A stretch of 64,000 nt of DNA, from the NCBI GenBank assembly GCA_964187785.1, contig OZ076413.1:47680001-47744000 (forward strand), in the 5' to 3' direction. Shown piece after piece: positions 37,401 through 47,888 of this stretch (position 1 is the first letter of the stretch; the number at the start of each line of letters is the position of its first letter). Made by a program: the position numbers and the translations under genes. Below the pieces are notes generated by a model, which had not been told where the DNA came from, did no database searches, and saw only the letters and a list, made by a program, of their open reading frames with translations. The DNA is from Amphiscolops sp. MND2022. Its lineage: Eukaryota.

Positions 37401-40400
37401 ATCAATTCCTGAGCAATTTCGGCAGTGAAGTTGGTGGCATTATCTGACTGCATCCTGGCAGGAGTGCCATGTCTCGCAAACCATTTGTTCAGGATAATCT
37501 TTGCAGTCGTCTGGGCGTCGTATTCATCATGTGCACATGGGATTGCCTCTGCAAATTTGGTGAAATGGTCGATGATGACTAGCAATCCATTATTTCCTGA
37601 CGTTGTCTTGCACAATTTCAAATGGTCAAATTGCACCAGGTCATTAAAATTGCTGCTGTTGATACTCTGCAACGGATAACAAGGATTCCCAGCGGGATGC
37701 TTCGTCTGTTGGCATGTTAAGCAATGCTTAATGTGGTTGACTACATCACGCTTGATGCCTGGCCAAGTGTGGCGCTCTTGTATTCTTGCTAACACTTTGC
37801 CTACGCCTTGGTGTCCTGACTCATCATGCGCTCTGTACAAGATTTCATGTTGATACAACTGGGGCATGACGATCATACACGGTCGTACGTGCATCGCGCG
37901 TTGCTGCGGAATGTAATTGACACATAAAATATCATTCTGGTTCAGGAACAGTAAGTCTTTCTTCTGATGATAGTATCGCTTGGCAAAGTCCTGCACGTCC
38001 TCGGGGAACAAGGTGTCATCCAATGGCTCGTTCTTCATGAGTTTCTTCAGCGCTAGAAGGTGTACATCTCTGTTTTGAGCTAAATGTAGATCCTTCAATC
38101 CGCGCATTGTCGACTGATGCTCGTGCAGCTCAGTCCCAACTAGCCTAAGGGCGTCAGCTTGTTCTTGACACTGCGTCGGCAATCTACGCAACGCTGGGTC
38201 ACGTTTGGTGGTGTCGAGACGTGCCGCTGGCACTTTGGTTGTTACGCTAAGGATACAATTTGGTCTGTCGTTTTCAGTTGATGTCGGAGTCGTTTCCCAT
38301 TGCACCTGTGGGTACCATGGTATGGAACTCAAAGACGGATCTGAGGTTAGATCCTCCTTTGGTGGCTTTTTCAAAATGTACAGCACGGGGAGTTGTGCTC
38401 GAGCTTCGGGTGGAAGCTCCGGATGGTTTGGAATGAATTTTCCATGTTTGTCAATATATGGCACAGTGGGGAGTTCTTCGTAGTCTTTCTGGGACATGAA
38501 GCTGAATCCCTTGCTCACTTCTGGTAGAGCTTCCACAATCTTCTCCCGATGCACGTAGTCATTGGTCCTTTTGCTAAGACCGTCTGCATTTCTGTGTTGC
38601 GTGCGTGGTCTGTGGATCGTCTTGAAGTGATATTGGTCGAGGCGCGCAATCCAGCGTCCAATCATGGCCTGATCCATTGAATATGTCTTCAGCCACGAGA
38701 GAGCCTGGTTGTCCACGCGCAGCGTGAATTCCCGACCTGCAAGGTAGGAATGAAACTTCTCGATAAAATAGAATACTGCATACATTTCCAGCTTCGGGGC
38801 GCCATAATTCATTTGTGTTCGAGTCAGTGACTTGCTGCCATAAACGATGGGACGAAGAATGGTTTTCCCATTGTATTGTTGTTCTTGGTGCAGTATGCCG
38901 GCTATAGCAACTGCACTGGCATCTGTGTCCAAAACAAAACGTCCTTCTTCGTTTGGCGCTGCCAAAGCTGTGGCATCGGCTAATGCCTGTTTCACTGAGT
39001 CAAACGCTTCTTGATGTTTTTCTTTCCAGTAGAAGTGTTGGTTCTTCCTTAACAACTCCTGCATAGGTTGCACCTTAGCAGCGTGAAAAGGAATGAAGTC
39101 CCGGTAGTAGTTCGCAAATCCGAGGAAGCTTTGAAGTTCTTCTTTATTTCTCGGAGGCATCCATTCTTGGATTTTGCTAACAGCTGCCGGGTCTGGTTTT
39201 ATGCCTTCGGCTGAGACTACCCGTCCGAGGTATTTGGTTTCAGTGCGCATGAAATCACACTTCTCGGCTCGCATCTTGAAACCTGCCTCTCTGAGACACT
39301 CGAACACTTCTCTGATCCTCTCCAAATGATCTTCAATTGTTTCGGTGGCAATTACTATGTCGTCAATGTATGCCATGACAACACTTCCATGGCGTTGTTG
39401 AATCTTCTGAAGAGCTCTCGTGATCGACCGCTGAAATGTGGCCGATGCATTGCAAAGCCCAAAGGGCATTCGTCGCCATTCGAACAGTCCAAGTTCACAC
39501 GCGAACGCGGTCTTTCTGCGGTCACGTTTCTTCAGTGGAATCTGCCAAAAGGCCCACGCTAAGTCGATGCTCGTGAAGATTTTTGCATTCGCTATCCTTG
39601 AAAGACTTTCATCAATCCTGGGCAGTGGGAACGCGTCTTTCACTGTTACATCGTTCAGCGGGCGGAAGTCACAGCAAAAGCGAAGCTCGCCTGATTTCTT
39701 TTTCACCATGACAATCCCACTAGCCCACGGCGAGTAAGAGGGTTGAATCAAACCTAGAGCTAACAAATTCTGCACTTCTTGGTTTGCTTTGGCTGCTTTG
39801 TCGGGAGACATGCGCCTTGCCCCTTCTCTGTGTGGTATAGCGTCCGGCTCTAGCTCTATGCGATGTTTCGCAATTTTGCATCGTCCTATGTCGGATTTGT
39901 TTTTCATGAACAGGTCATCGTATTCACTCAAAACGCTCGCTAATTTGTCTCTCGCCCCTTCCCCCCAAGAAGAAAGGACGGAAGAGAGGTCGGGGCCTGG
40001 GATCGGCTTCAGCAATAGTGGATCTGTCCTTTTGCGTTTTTCATTTTCCGATAGGCCCATCTCTGACGGCTCAGTTGAAGACAAAAAGTTCTGTGCAAAG
40101 GAACTAAACTCTGAACTCGTGTCCAAATCTAAGTCTCTGTGCACTTGATTCACAAATTCGGCTGAAAGCTTCGAAGCTTCACGACTGTCTTGAATGGGAA
40201 CGGAGTTGAACACAAAATTGGTGAGCACCGCTTTCCCAACTACAGTTTGTTCCTTGATTCTTACCCCTTCTTTAGCAGTTTGGTTTCTTAGGGCTAAAAA
40301 AACTACACCGTCTTCTCCCACGGAAGTAAGTGTATCTTCTGAATCAAACAATGAGTTGGACCTGATGCTACATGGGTGCACCATTACGTTACGAAAATGA

Positions 40401-43400
40401 AACTCGTTGGGCTGCTGCGTTATGATCTTCGCGCGCACAACTTTTCGTTCGAAAGGCCCTAAAGTAACCTCCTCGGCAGAAACAACGAATGATGGCTCTT
40501 GGTCACTGACCTCGTGAACTGCTTTGAAGATCCTAGGCGTTTCCGGGTCACGGATGGTTACTTTCATGGCAGCCAGGTCCACCAACACGTTGTATGTGCG
40601 CAAGAAGTTCCGACCCAGGAGAAAATCCTCTGAACCAATGTGATCGGCTATGACTACAAAGTTGGTCTTCAGAGTATGTCCGCCAAGCTGAAAGCTTACG
40701 TCTTCGGCTATTCCAACGGCGGTGATGGTCTTGCCATTGGCAGCGAAGAGTTCAAGATCGTACGGTGACAGGTTCAGTTCATGCTGGGGTGCAATTTTCT
40801 TGTACGCGCTCAATGAGAGGATGGAGACCCCCGAACCGGTGTCTATCATGCCGAAGAGTGGTATCGGCTTTTGCAAAGGAGTTCCGAATGCAACGACTAG
40901 CGAGGCTCGCTCATCAATCTGGGCCTCTCCTTGTGCATCCTGCACTCCGATGTTATAACAGCGCAGTTCTTGCCTGCCCAAGTACAGTCCCTGCGGAAAG
41001 TGTCCTTCCAGGACAACAATCGCGTCGAATTTCATGTCGACACCATCAACCGTGATTGCAATGGGGACTGGCGCGATTGTTTTGACCTTGTGTATTTGGG
41101 CTAGCTTGGTCTCGTCATCTCTAGTAAAATGCGGTAAGGGTCTCGAAGCTATCGTGAGACTGGTATTGCGGCAAAGTTCCTCTTTTAGTTGTGCCAACGT
41201 GAGGTTTGGACGTGCTTTTTGTTCTGCTGATAATAGCAAGTGGATAGAAATTAAAGTCTCAGTACAATCAGGTGCTGGGGCTTCAAGCGTCGTTAAGATT
41301 TGTTTTTCACCGCAAGTCGCAACCACAGGACGTGAGGGGCCTCCTTCTTCAGAAGTCGAGATCACCCGTATTTGATCATCAGTATCAACAAAGTCCGCGG
41401 AATTCGTGACTGGGGCGTACCACGCCGCTTTCACTTGTTCTTCTGTTGCTGCACTTTCAGGCACCATGCATTCGGACGCAGTGTTGCCCGTACAATCAAA
41501 ATTGACGCGTAATGTGGGCGGTCCTTGTGCTGATGGTGCCGCAGGCACAACGTCGTTATTCATGCCATGAGGGTTAGAAGGACTAGTCCATTCACAAGCT
41601 GGGTTCGTTCGACATGAAGTAACTAGTTGTTGCATTGATTTGCGTGCGCGATCCTTCAAAGGGCAATCGACAATGAAATGTGACGGGTCGCCACAATTGA
41701 CACACGCTCTAGATGGCTTCGGTGGTTGCTGTCGAACAGCCACTGGCTGTGGAGGTAGCTGCCCATTAGGCGCTTGAGGAGCCGCTGCCGGTATCGGGTT
41801 TTGGTGGCTAGCAAGTAACGGCTCTTGGTGTTGCTGAGGCGCTGGATAGTTCTCAGAGCGGATGGGGCCGCGCATATGCAAGTATTGTTGTACCGTGAAC
41901 CGTAGTGCTTCCACTGTTGGAGGTGTATCCACGTACTGTTCTTGTGCGTACATGAGTGCGAGATTTCGCTTCAACTCAAAGCTGCCTACCCCTTCAATGA
42001 ACCTCTGCATGATTTCGTAACGCCTTACAGTAACGTCCTCGTTAGGAAAACCTTGGCTGCGCAAACCTTCAAGAGCGTCAAGATATTGCATATAGTCTTC
42101 GTTGTCGGACTGATTGCGTGTACGGAACTGCTGTTGTATTTGGAACTTACTAGATCCGGTTCCAAATCGACGCGCTAGTAGCGCAAAGACTTTTTCATCC
42201 GTGTCGCGCTCAGCCTCGGATTTGTTCATGATGTAGTCTTGTGCCTCATTCTCTAAGAATTCCACGATGGTCCATGCTCTGTCCAGCGAAGTATCCTTTG
42301 AGTGGGCTTTTTCCAGATAACGTTTCATGAGCATTAGCCAACCATCTATTATCCCGTCGCGCGTACCGCGGTATTTGGTTGGTGTATTTTTGGCTTCTTT
42401 TGCTGCTAGCAATGGTTCCAAACCTTTGGACATCGCGGTTGTTATCGCTTCGGCTAACGTTTGCCCATGTATCGTGTTCGGTGTATTGCCTTTTGCAGCC
42501 TCTTCTACTGTCTCTGGATTCAAGTTTCTTTGGTCGAGCTTCGTCCTGCTCTGGCGCTGAACTATTTCTCTATTGGTGGGTTGCTGAATTGAAGATGCAT
42601 TATCAGATGGTGCGTTCGCAGGATTTAGTGCCACCGGCACAGGTGAAGGACGACTTGGTACCGTCGCCACTACAGCTTTTACCCCTAGGGTCAACTCTTG
42701 AACTGTAGTCATGAGGTCCACCATGCGCTTGTCGACATCTAAGTCTCTGCGATGCATAGTTTCGGAAATGAGCGTCAGTCGTTCATCGGCTTGTTGATCT
42801 CTTTGCGCCATTATCGCAGTCATTTCCGATATGAGCTTTTCAGTTAAACTCTTGACTGATGTGATTGAGGTTTCCGTTTTGTCCTGATTGATGTACCCTT
42901 CCGTCTTGTTAGCAACGGCGTTTCTACTAGCAGCAAACACAGGAACTCCGGAACCCAGCGGGTCCACATCCAGACTCATTTGTGGTGTAATCTCTCCGAA
43001 GGCCGTGCCTGCATTCATGTTCTCTACCCATTTACTGATGTCCGAGCTTTTAGCTTGTTCTCCATTCGAATTTGGCCAATCTCCCCAATCAATCGCAGAG
43101 TTGTTCATGGGAGGCCAGACGTTACCACAGTTCATGGCAGTGCCATTTACAAAGTTAGCGCTATCGGAAGATGCCCGAGAGTGGTTTAGTTGGCTGAAGT
43201 ATGCCATTTGCGAGTTTTGATCAGCGATGGACACATTATCCGACATGACGTCGTATAAAAACATGTTTGCAATCATGTCATCCGCTGCTATCTCAGCACG
43301 TGCACTAAGCCTAGATAACTCCTCTACATCGCTTGCAAATGGATTCGTAGCGTGGAAGCCACTAGACTGCCTGTTCGACTCATTCAAAGACTTCGAATAC

Positions 43401-43492
43401 TCAATCTCGCCTGATTTCATGCTCGATGGACTGCTCTGATTACTGTTTCCTCTGGTAACCCAGCTTTTGAACAGGGCTTTGGCTTTTTTCAT
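34496..43492 (-). CDS. gag-pol: Gag-Pol polyprotein: Gag CCHC, pseudo-PR + PR, RT, RNase H, IN, Cys cluster, two macro-like domains
   Basis: CVNCGDPSHFIVDC; MIDTGS; YIDD; LDTDAS; HDESGHQG..CLTC; FDHL/SDNA/VERQN; WRGPH; CGTCGSRNCSC; TARG1-like C-terminus. Confidence 0.95.
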   Translation of the reverse strand: MKKAKALFKSWVTRGNSNQSSPSSMKSGEIEYSKSLNESNRQSSGFHATNPFASDVEELSRLSARAEIAADDMIANMFLYDVMSDNVSIADQNSQMAYFSQLNHSRASSDSANFVNGTAMNCGNVWPPMNNSAIDWGDWPNSNGEQAKSSDISKWVENMNAGTAFGEITPQMSLDVDPLGSGVPVFAASRNAVANKTEGYINQDKTETSITSVKSLTEKLISEMTAIMAQRDQQADERLTLISETMHRRDLDVDKRMVDLMTTVQELTLGVKAVVATVPSRPSPVPVALNPANAPSDNASSIQQPTNREIVQRQSRTKLDQRNLNPETVEEAAKGNTPNTIHGQTLAEAITTAMSKGLEPLLAAKEAKNTPTKYRGTRDGIIDGWLMLMKRYLEKAHSKDTSLDRAWTIVEFLENEAQDYIMNKSEAERDTDEKVFALLARRFGTGSSKFQIQQQFRTRNQSDNEDYMQYLDALEGLRSQGFPNEDVTVRRYEIMQRFIEGVGSFELKRNLALMYAQEQYVDTPPTVEALRFTVQQYLHMRGPIRSENYPAPQQHQEPLLASHQNPIPAAAPQAPNGQLPPQPVAVRQQPPKPSRACVNCGDPSHFIVDCPLKDRARKSMQQLVTSCRTNPACEWTSPSNPHGMNNDVVPAAPSAQGPPTLRVNFDCTGNTASECMVPESAATEEQVKAAWYAPVTNSADFVDTDDQIRVISTSEEGGPSRPVVATCGEKQILTTLEAPAPDCTETLISIHLLLSAEQKARPNLTLAQLKEELCRNTSLTIASRPLPHFTRDDETKLAQIHKVKTIAPVPIAITVDGVDMKFDAIVVLEGHFPQGLYLGRQELRCYNIGVQDAQGEAQIDERASLVVAFGTPLQKPIPLFGMIDTGSGVSILSLSAYKKIAPQHELNLSPYDLELFAANGKTITAVGIAEDVSFQLGGHTLKTNFVVIADHIGSEDFLLGRNFLRTYNVLVDLAAMKVTIRDPETPRIFKAVHEVSDQEPSFVVSAEEVTLGPFERKVVRAKIITQQPNEFHFRNVMVHPCSIRSNSLFDSEDTLTSVGEDGVVFLALRNQTAKEGVRIKEQTVVGKAVLTNFVFNSVPIQDSREASKLSAEFVNQVHRDLDLDTSSEFSSFAQNFLSSTEPSEMGLSENEKRKRTDPLLLKPIPGPDLSSVLSSWGEGARDKLASVLSEYDDLFMKNKSDIGRCKIAKHRIELEPDAIPHREGARRMSPDKAAKANQEVQNLLALGLIQPSYSPWASGIVMVKKKSGELRFCCDFRPLNDVTVKDAFPLPRIDESLSRIANAKIFTSIDLAWAFWQIPLKKRDRRKTAFACELGLFEWRRMPFGLCNASATFQRSITRALQKIQQRHGSVVMAYIDDIVIATETIEDHLERIREVFECLREAGFKMRAEKCDFMRTETKYLGRVVSAEGIKPDPAAVSKIQEWMPPRNKEELQSFLGFANYYRDFIPFHAAKVQPMQELLRKNQHFYWKEKHQEAFDSVKQALADATALAAPNEEGRFVLDTDASAVAIAGILHQEQQYNGKTILRPIVYGSKSLTRTQMNYGAPKLEMYAVFYFIEKFHSYLAGREFTLRVDNQALSWLKTYSMDQAMIGRWIARLDQYHFKTIHRPRTQHRNADGLSKRTNDYVHREKIVEALPEVSKGFSFMSQKDYEELPTVPYIDKHGKFIPNHPELPPEARAQLPVLYILKKPPKEDLTSDPSLSSIPWYPQVQWETTPTSTENDRPNCILSVTTKVPAARLDTTKRDPALRRLPTQCQEQADALRLVGTELHEHQSTMRGLKDLHLAQNRDVHLLALKKLMKNEPLDDTLFPEDVQDFAKRYYHQKKDLLFLNQNDILCVNYIPQQRAMHVRPCMIVMPQLYQHEILYRAHDESGHQGVGKVLARIQERHTWPGIKRDVVNHIKHCLTCQQTKHPAGNPCYPLQSINSSNFNDLVQFDHLKLCKTTSGNNGLLVIIDHFTKFAEAIPCAHDEYDAQTTAKIILNKWFARHGTPARMQSDNATNFTAEIAQELMKASQVTKVTSTPAHPRGNGLVERQNRTLLTLLRVYTSRRMLDWDEHIDGVLGAYNSTRHATTGFSPYMLQHGAEKSIPLSFIYPEFAAREFESKEEFVEHLLARQQEIHELVRRNTHQAQVRQKQKFDRHLKAKAHAVGDAVWVFCHIIPKGGTRKLLRAWRGPHKVTDVLQDGRLYVLDTGQKVHFERLKKHVPAPWDWAAHQPFGLDQNVAIIADPYVEESNEEITSDISRDSFLPEQLPEASFEMEPTAPVPPRTIQTRTQSALEQGIPRRRFSHFGYPSESESDQEPVEQPIEETQQPMVCPEIDDLEPLYSDQEEVLPEPAPSLVPSPSGTSAPLLSNPALTDTLSNFPLFSSRAGSSVELELAEEAEPQEGTGGETQEPGQSMETLPSSGRTATKRGRPRGRPPGRRRGSTTSSSRALTRAHRPYTRSRGRVRTRAQSQTLERAMTLPNIAESISPEQREAEQPTPSQAPPYQLRHNRAPRYRCGTCGSRNCSCLNLIRGRPPDKRLARGVDAPATDSADTEAIEDHMQHTIRSIQAKDQDIPQVHHIVITTEKTYSSIGPGVVPPLETTLKAMQETSSSDCPTYRFKEWTWQEKSGLEFTLAAIIPPLPPSMVFGKLEPEDTKVAMVRCITAQKLWQQYGVTSPPGDVYHPTAGWWLLVTSLDETSPVNPGTLLICLENLRTLVEFEDTLCFHLADIYRGKFLSQHWLQLLAITFCRQTKIRLLDKYTYAFENPVTVLEALSVVHDWSCTNLGDRPLRRTVWQDHKAILDHLTPNQDNQSTVTGKLLTTHPKVKPNYLSWISYEETDILQARDTVAICCPADLLSYSAMARYVIREYGQEEIFRLRPAVGKAVHLTRSPSAPWNNEMFLLVTRASSKHPILHDVLHLCLTDLVQKLERAQITRIHLPIYDPERSINMLPAWYSMLRDHFIDSSVDIVLHDRVYVSIALVRKHLNQLKPKA

Positions 43493-46400
43493 TACTCACT
43501 CTATCCTTCTTTGTGCAAAGTCAAACGCAAGACAAACAAAAATAGGAAGTTTTCGATGTACTCCCTAACTATAATTTAAACTAAACTATGGGACCACTAC
43601 GTTCTTGAGCTTGCAGCTCGCAATTGCCTACTAGGTTCTACGTAGAATGAAGTTGGCCTGCAAACTACAATCTTCAGATTACATGCACTGGTGCTAGTCA
43701 CCACTAATCAGAACAGAAAGGTTTGCTACCCCACTAACTGGAGATAGTTATCCTACGAAAAGTTAAAGATGAGTCTTTTAAGTTTTTTTTGTTTTTTTTT
43801 GAAGTACTATTAGAGGTTACTCACACTAAACTACGCTTTATCCAGCCACAGGCTATGCGGTTGGAATGAACAGAAAGATTTTGGCACGCTAACAGAGCTT
43901 TATGGAGATTTATTCAAGAAATCTCCGCACTTTATTCTGTGAGCGCACTCTATGTCACTCGCACTGCCCTTTATGAGGAGAGCACAAGTAGGGTTACTAC
44001 AAAAAGGGAACTCAGGGATAGACCTTGGGGGTGAGTAGGTGCTAGGAGACTAACTAACAAGAGAGTTTTACTAATCTGATGATTACAAGATCAATGGAGA
44101 CACGGTTCTTCACACTTTCAGATGCTACTGTACTTAATATACTTTGGCGAGACGCAGCGCGTCCTAAGTCTAAGTCTCGTGGGAAACTCTTAAATGCGTT
44201 CTGGCTCTCACACGCTGCCTCTCAGTCGAAGTGTGCGCGGCAATAACTATCAGTTCGCACTTAGGTGACTCTGGTGGCTGTTGGTAGAGAAAACACGATT
44301 TTGTGGTTTTTCACTTCTAAGTCTCGTAGACAATTTTTCCACGAACCCAAGATCTTAGGGTTGAGCTAGCCCTATACTGATTGCCTCGGCAGGACGTGCT
44401 ATGGGTGCCTGGTGTAGAATTAGGTTCTTTTGAGCCCTCACTCGCAACTACACTTACGAAAATTATGCGAATTTTCGCAAAATTCCTCAAAATCGGCAAT
44501 TTTTTCACCAAAGTGCACGCCTGGGGATGGTGGAAATCACTTCTAGGGCTAGTAGCGACCTGAAAATTTAACACGGTATACTACAGTGGCTAAATTGTGG
44601 GAAACTAACCGCCGATTGCGCCAAATTTGTTTCCTCGTGACTCAGGGTCGCTCACCAATGTTACTTGAAAAATCGACTATGTTGCGAAATTCGCACAAGT
44701 CTGTCAAACTCGCCTTCCAGGCTTCCTAGCTACTTGAAATTTTGTATGCGAGCGTGAATTATGCCCACGTAACAGAAAAACAATATAGCGGGGTTCCCAG
44801 GTCGATATTTGGCAATCCGAGTTGACAAAACTATTATGTACCCTATATGTCACTTTCAGGGGTCAAAATTCACAAAATTGTCAATTTCTCCAAGTTGGAC
44901 AGTAGCAAGCTGCTCAAAATGCACAAATCGTCGGGATCTAGCGCCGTATATACGAAAATGCAAGAATTTTAGTGCTGGGATACCTGCAAGGTATTGCACT
45001 ATGCTCAACTAAAATTCAATTTTTTCGACATTTCCATACGGTTTTTGAGCAAAACTGCGGCTAAGATTTCTCAATCACTAGTAATGGTAGCGCTACGAAA
45101 ATTACACCACTAATGTAACTTTTTGCGGTCTACACGATGGTGCAATCCGTTTTGGGCTACTCCTGCTAGGAGAGATTTCGACCTGTCTTGGGGACACTAC
45201 TCCAGTGTTCCGACAATGTCGCAAAAATAACACGTTTTTGGCTATATCTCGACAACTACTGGTTGGAATCACTCGCGGTTTTCTGCGCTGGCAACGTTAT
45301 GCTCTATATTAATAGAAAATAGGCAAGCGAAACCTGGCAGGTTCCAAATAAGGTCTCTCAAAATTGACTTTAAGTTACACCTTTGACACTCTGGGAACAC
45401 TTATGAAAAACACGTATTTTCCCTAGGAACTTTTATTTTTTCGTTCCCAGAGGTTCGGGATGGTTTTAACTGTGATGTAGGAAGGTGTAACAACTTTATT
45501 TAGGGGACTGGGGTTATTTCAATTATTACTTTTGATGTTATAACTCTCAGGCCTATGGAGTCCTCTACTCAGGTCTATGCATATCAAAGAAATTCAAGGG
45601 TTAAAGTTTCAATTTTTATTGGGGAATGCTAAAAACTGTCTTGGCAGTAATGTTTTGTACTACCAGGCTCGGGAACAACGTTTTTGGGCTGATTTAAAAG
45701 CTTGGGAACAACTGCCCAAGGCTTCGCCCTCACCAAATTTGGTATTTTTGGCCAAATTTGATGTTTTCTCAATAAAAATCGCTAAATTTTTTGATGTTTC
45801 AGTAATTTAGCCAAACAAATTTTTCTGTTCCTGACCTACCAGGTCTGATGGAACGTTTTTATTGTATTCCCACTGGCCGTACACTCTTCTGAAAAATTTT
45901 GACTTTTGAAAGTAACTGTATCAAGAGTCGAGCTATATCAGGTGTTATAGATAACTCTCTATATTTTTTCAGAAAACGATCGGAATACCCAGTGGGTATT
46001 TTTCTCAGTTCTTACTAATGAGGGTACGCCTGGGAATGGGCTTTTAAGGCCACAAAAACAAAAGGGGACAAAGTAACCCAGCCGATTTGGTGCAATCAAG
46101 TGGGTGAGGGGAGTGGTGTTGAACAGTTCGTCTCCACTTCATCTACGCTGATGGGGTCAGGACTGTTACTCTGCGTGTTCCCCGTCCCAATGCATTGCAA
46201 ATAGACTGAAATAGAGCTACAAAACCCTTTAAGACAAAATCCGGTTAAGCCGGATGGTTAATCTCGGTAAATTGAAACGGTGTTGAAACGGTACTCTGTC
46301 TCAAATCGGTTATTTCACCTTCCAGACCCCGGAAACACGCAGGAAACGCAGGAAAAACACTAACACAAGGCCCACAGGGCTAGAATAAGGCAATAAAAAC

Positions 46401-46493
46401 AATCTAGGACTCTCCAACAAGTTTTCCTAGATCCGGACCTAGCAGGGCCGGAAAGCAGGAAAAACTCCAATTATGGCGAAAAGATGGAAAAAA

Positions 46494-46511
46494 GTCCCTT
46501 GTGGGGCGCCA
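46494..46511 (-). promoter_or_regulatory. Primer-binding site, tRNA-Lys-like
   Basis: TGGCGCCCCACAAGGGAC, 15/18 identical to the tRNA-Lys3 PBS TGGCGCCCGAACAGGGAC; 16 nt from the LTR end. Confidence 0.7.
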
Positions 46512-46527
46512 TAAAAACTATCCTAGA

Positions 46528-47249
46528 TGTAACGTCAAGCTAACAGCTACATTCTAGAACTGGGACAATGCCCAGGTTGCTTGAACAAGAGACCAGTGCC
46601 TTACTACAACCTAAACATCAGTTTTTAGTCCCAAAATGGTCTCAGTAGGGACTTTTCCAAAACGCCGTGGAGACTCCTCATATTAGAGCTCCGTGGCGAC
46701 GTGCCGGCACACTCCAAGTCCGGACACGTCCCACAAGCCTGTAAAAACAATTCCTAATGTTCCTGCGTGCTCCTACATACCTCCGAGGTCCAAAAACAGG
46801 GTCTAGCTGAAACACATTTTATTGGGGGAATAAGTTCTAAATCCACCAAAATAGGGATCTAGTAGATCCACTATCATCGCAAATCTGCCAAACAACATCA
46901 AAAACATCTAAATAAACTGAATTTATCACATTCGGGGTTTGTATCCAGTCTTCAGGGTTCTTTGGGCAACCTTCGAAAAGATACTTCTTTCTTCTGGGTC
47001 ATTTTCTGGGATAGATGGCACAAAACCGCGTTTTTGTGGCAGTTCTCAGTTCTTCTGGGGTCTCTGGCACTGTCCTCTGGGATTTTGAGGGTTTTTTCGG
47101 GGTTCTCGGGCTTTTTTCGGCTCTTTTTTGTCCTTTTTTGGGGACCTGCTAGGTCGGCCATTTTGAATGCTCTTATTTGATATCGCACACTTTTTGAATT
47201 TGAACGAAATTTTCAAAAATTGATATAACGACTTTTGCTGGACGTTACA
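46528..47249 (-). repeat. 5' LTR of element B
   Basis: Direct repeat of 32486-33207. Confidence 0.97.
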
Positions 47250-47888
47250 TTTCATACGAAAAGTTACATAATTCGAAAAATGTCTCGAGACTGTCAGACT
47301 TTTTTTTGCCTGATGACATGAATATTTTTATATAGGTATACGGGCATGAAACGATTTGTCGGAATTAAAATACCTGTTGCACAAGAATTGGCAATAGACC
47401 AGAAACTCTCGCCACTGGCAGAAGCGACAAGTAATAGAAACTTATAAATCCCAAGAGAAACATCTCATAGTCCAAATATATTCAATCAAAATGATCAACT
47501 GATGGTATCGTTGAAACAAATTTCTCTCTTCTTTATTTACTCTAATAATCAAAGCTCAAGATTCACTCAGTTAAAACAAGTTTGAGTTACAACTGATGCA
47601 AAATTATAAATCATGCAAAACTGAGATGACTTACCGATGACCATGGCTTTCAAGTACCGCGACTTTGTTGCACTAACACAGTTCAACTAGCACAGAATTA
47701 GGCTTGCTTCTGTTTTTAATCCATAAAAACCCAAGAACTATAGTGGGTCGATTATTGATCCAGAATTTCTTTCGGAAAAATCGAAATGTTCCTCGGCGCA
47801 TCAACGAGCATTGCGGTGAATGTAGAATCTACTTCCGACTAAGTTAGTTACGCAATTACTTTGTTTCCATCGTTTGTCTTTATTTGAG

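Larger units (their letters stand above)
32486..47249 (-). mobile_element. Intact full-length Ty3/Gypsy element B (14764 bp)
   Basis: Two 722-bp LTRs TGTAACGTC...GACGTTACA; TSD TTTCAT at 32480-32485 and 47250-47255; single 2998-aa ORF; PBS and PPT present. Confidence 0.97.

Noticed and set aside
34674..43439. Many short plus-strand ORFs over element B, and antisense ORFs over pol of A and C
   Set aside because: Shadow frames of long coding sequences with no recognisable motifs.
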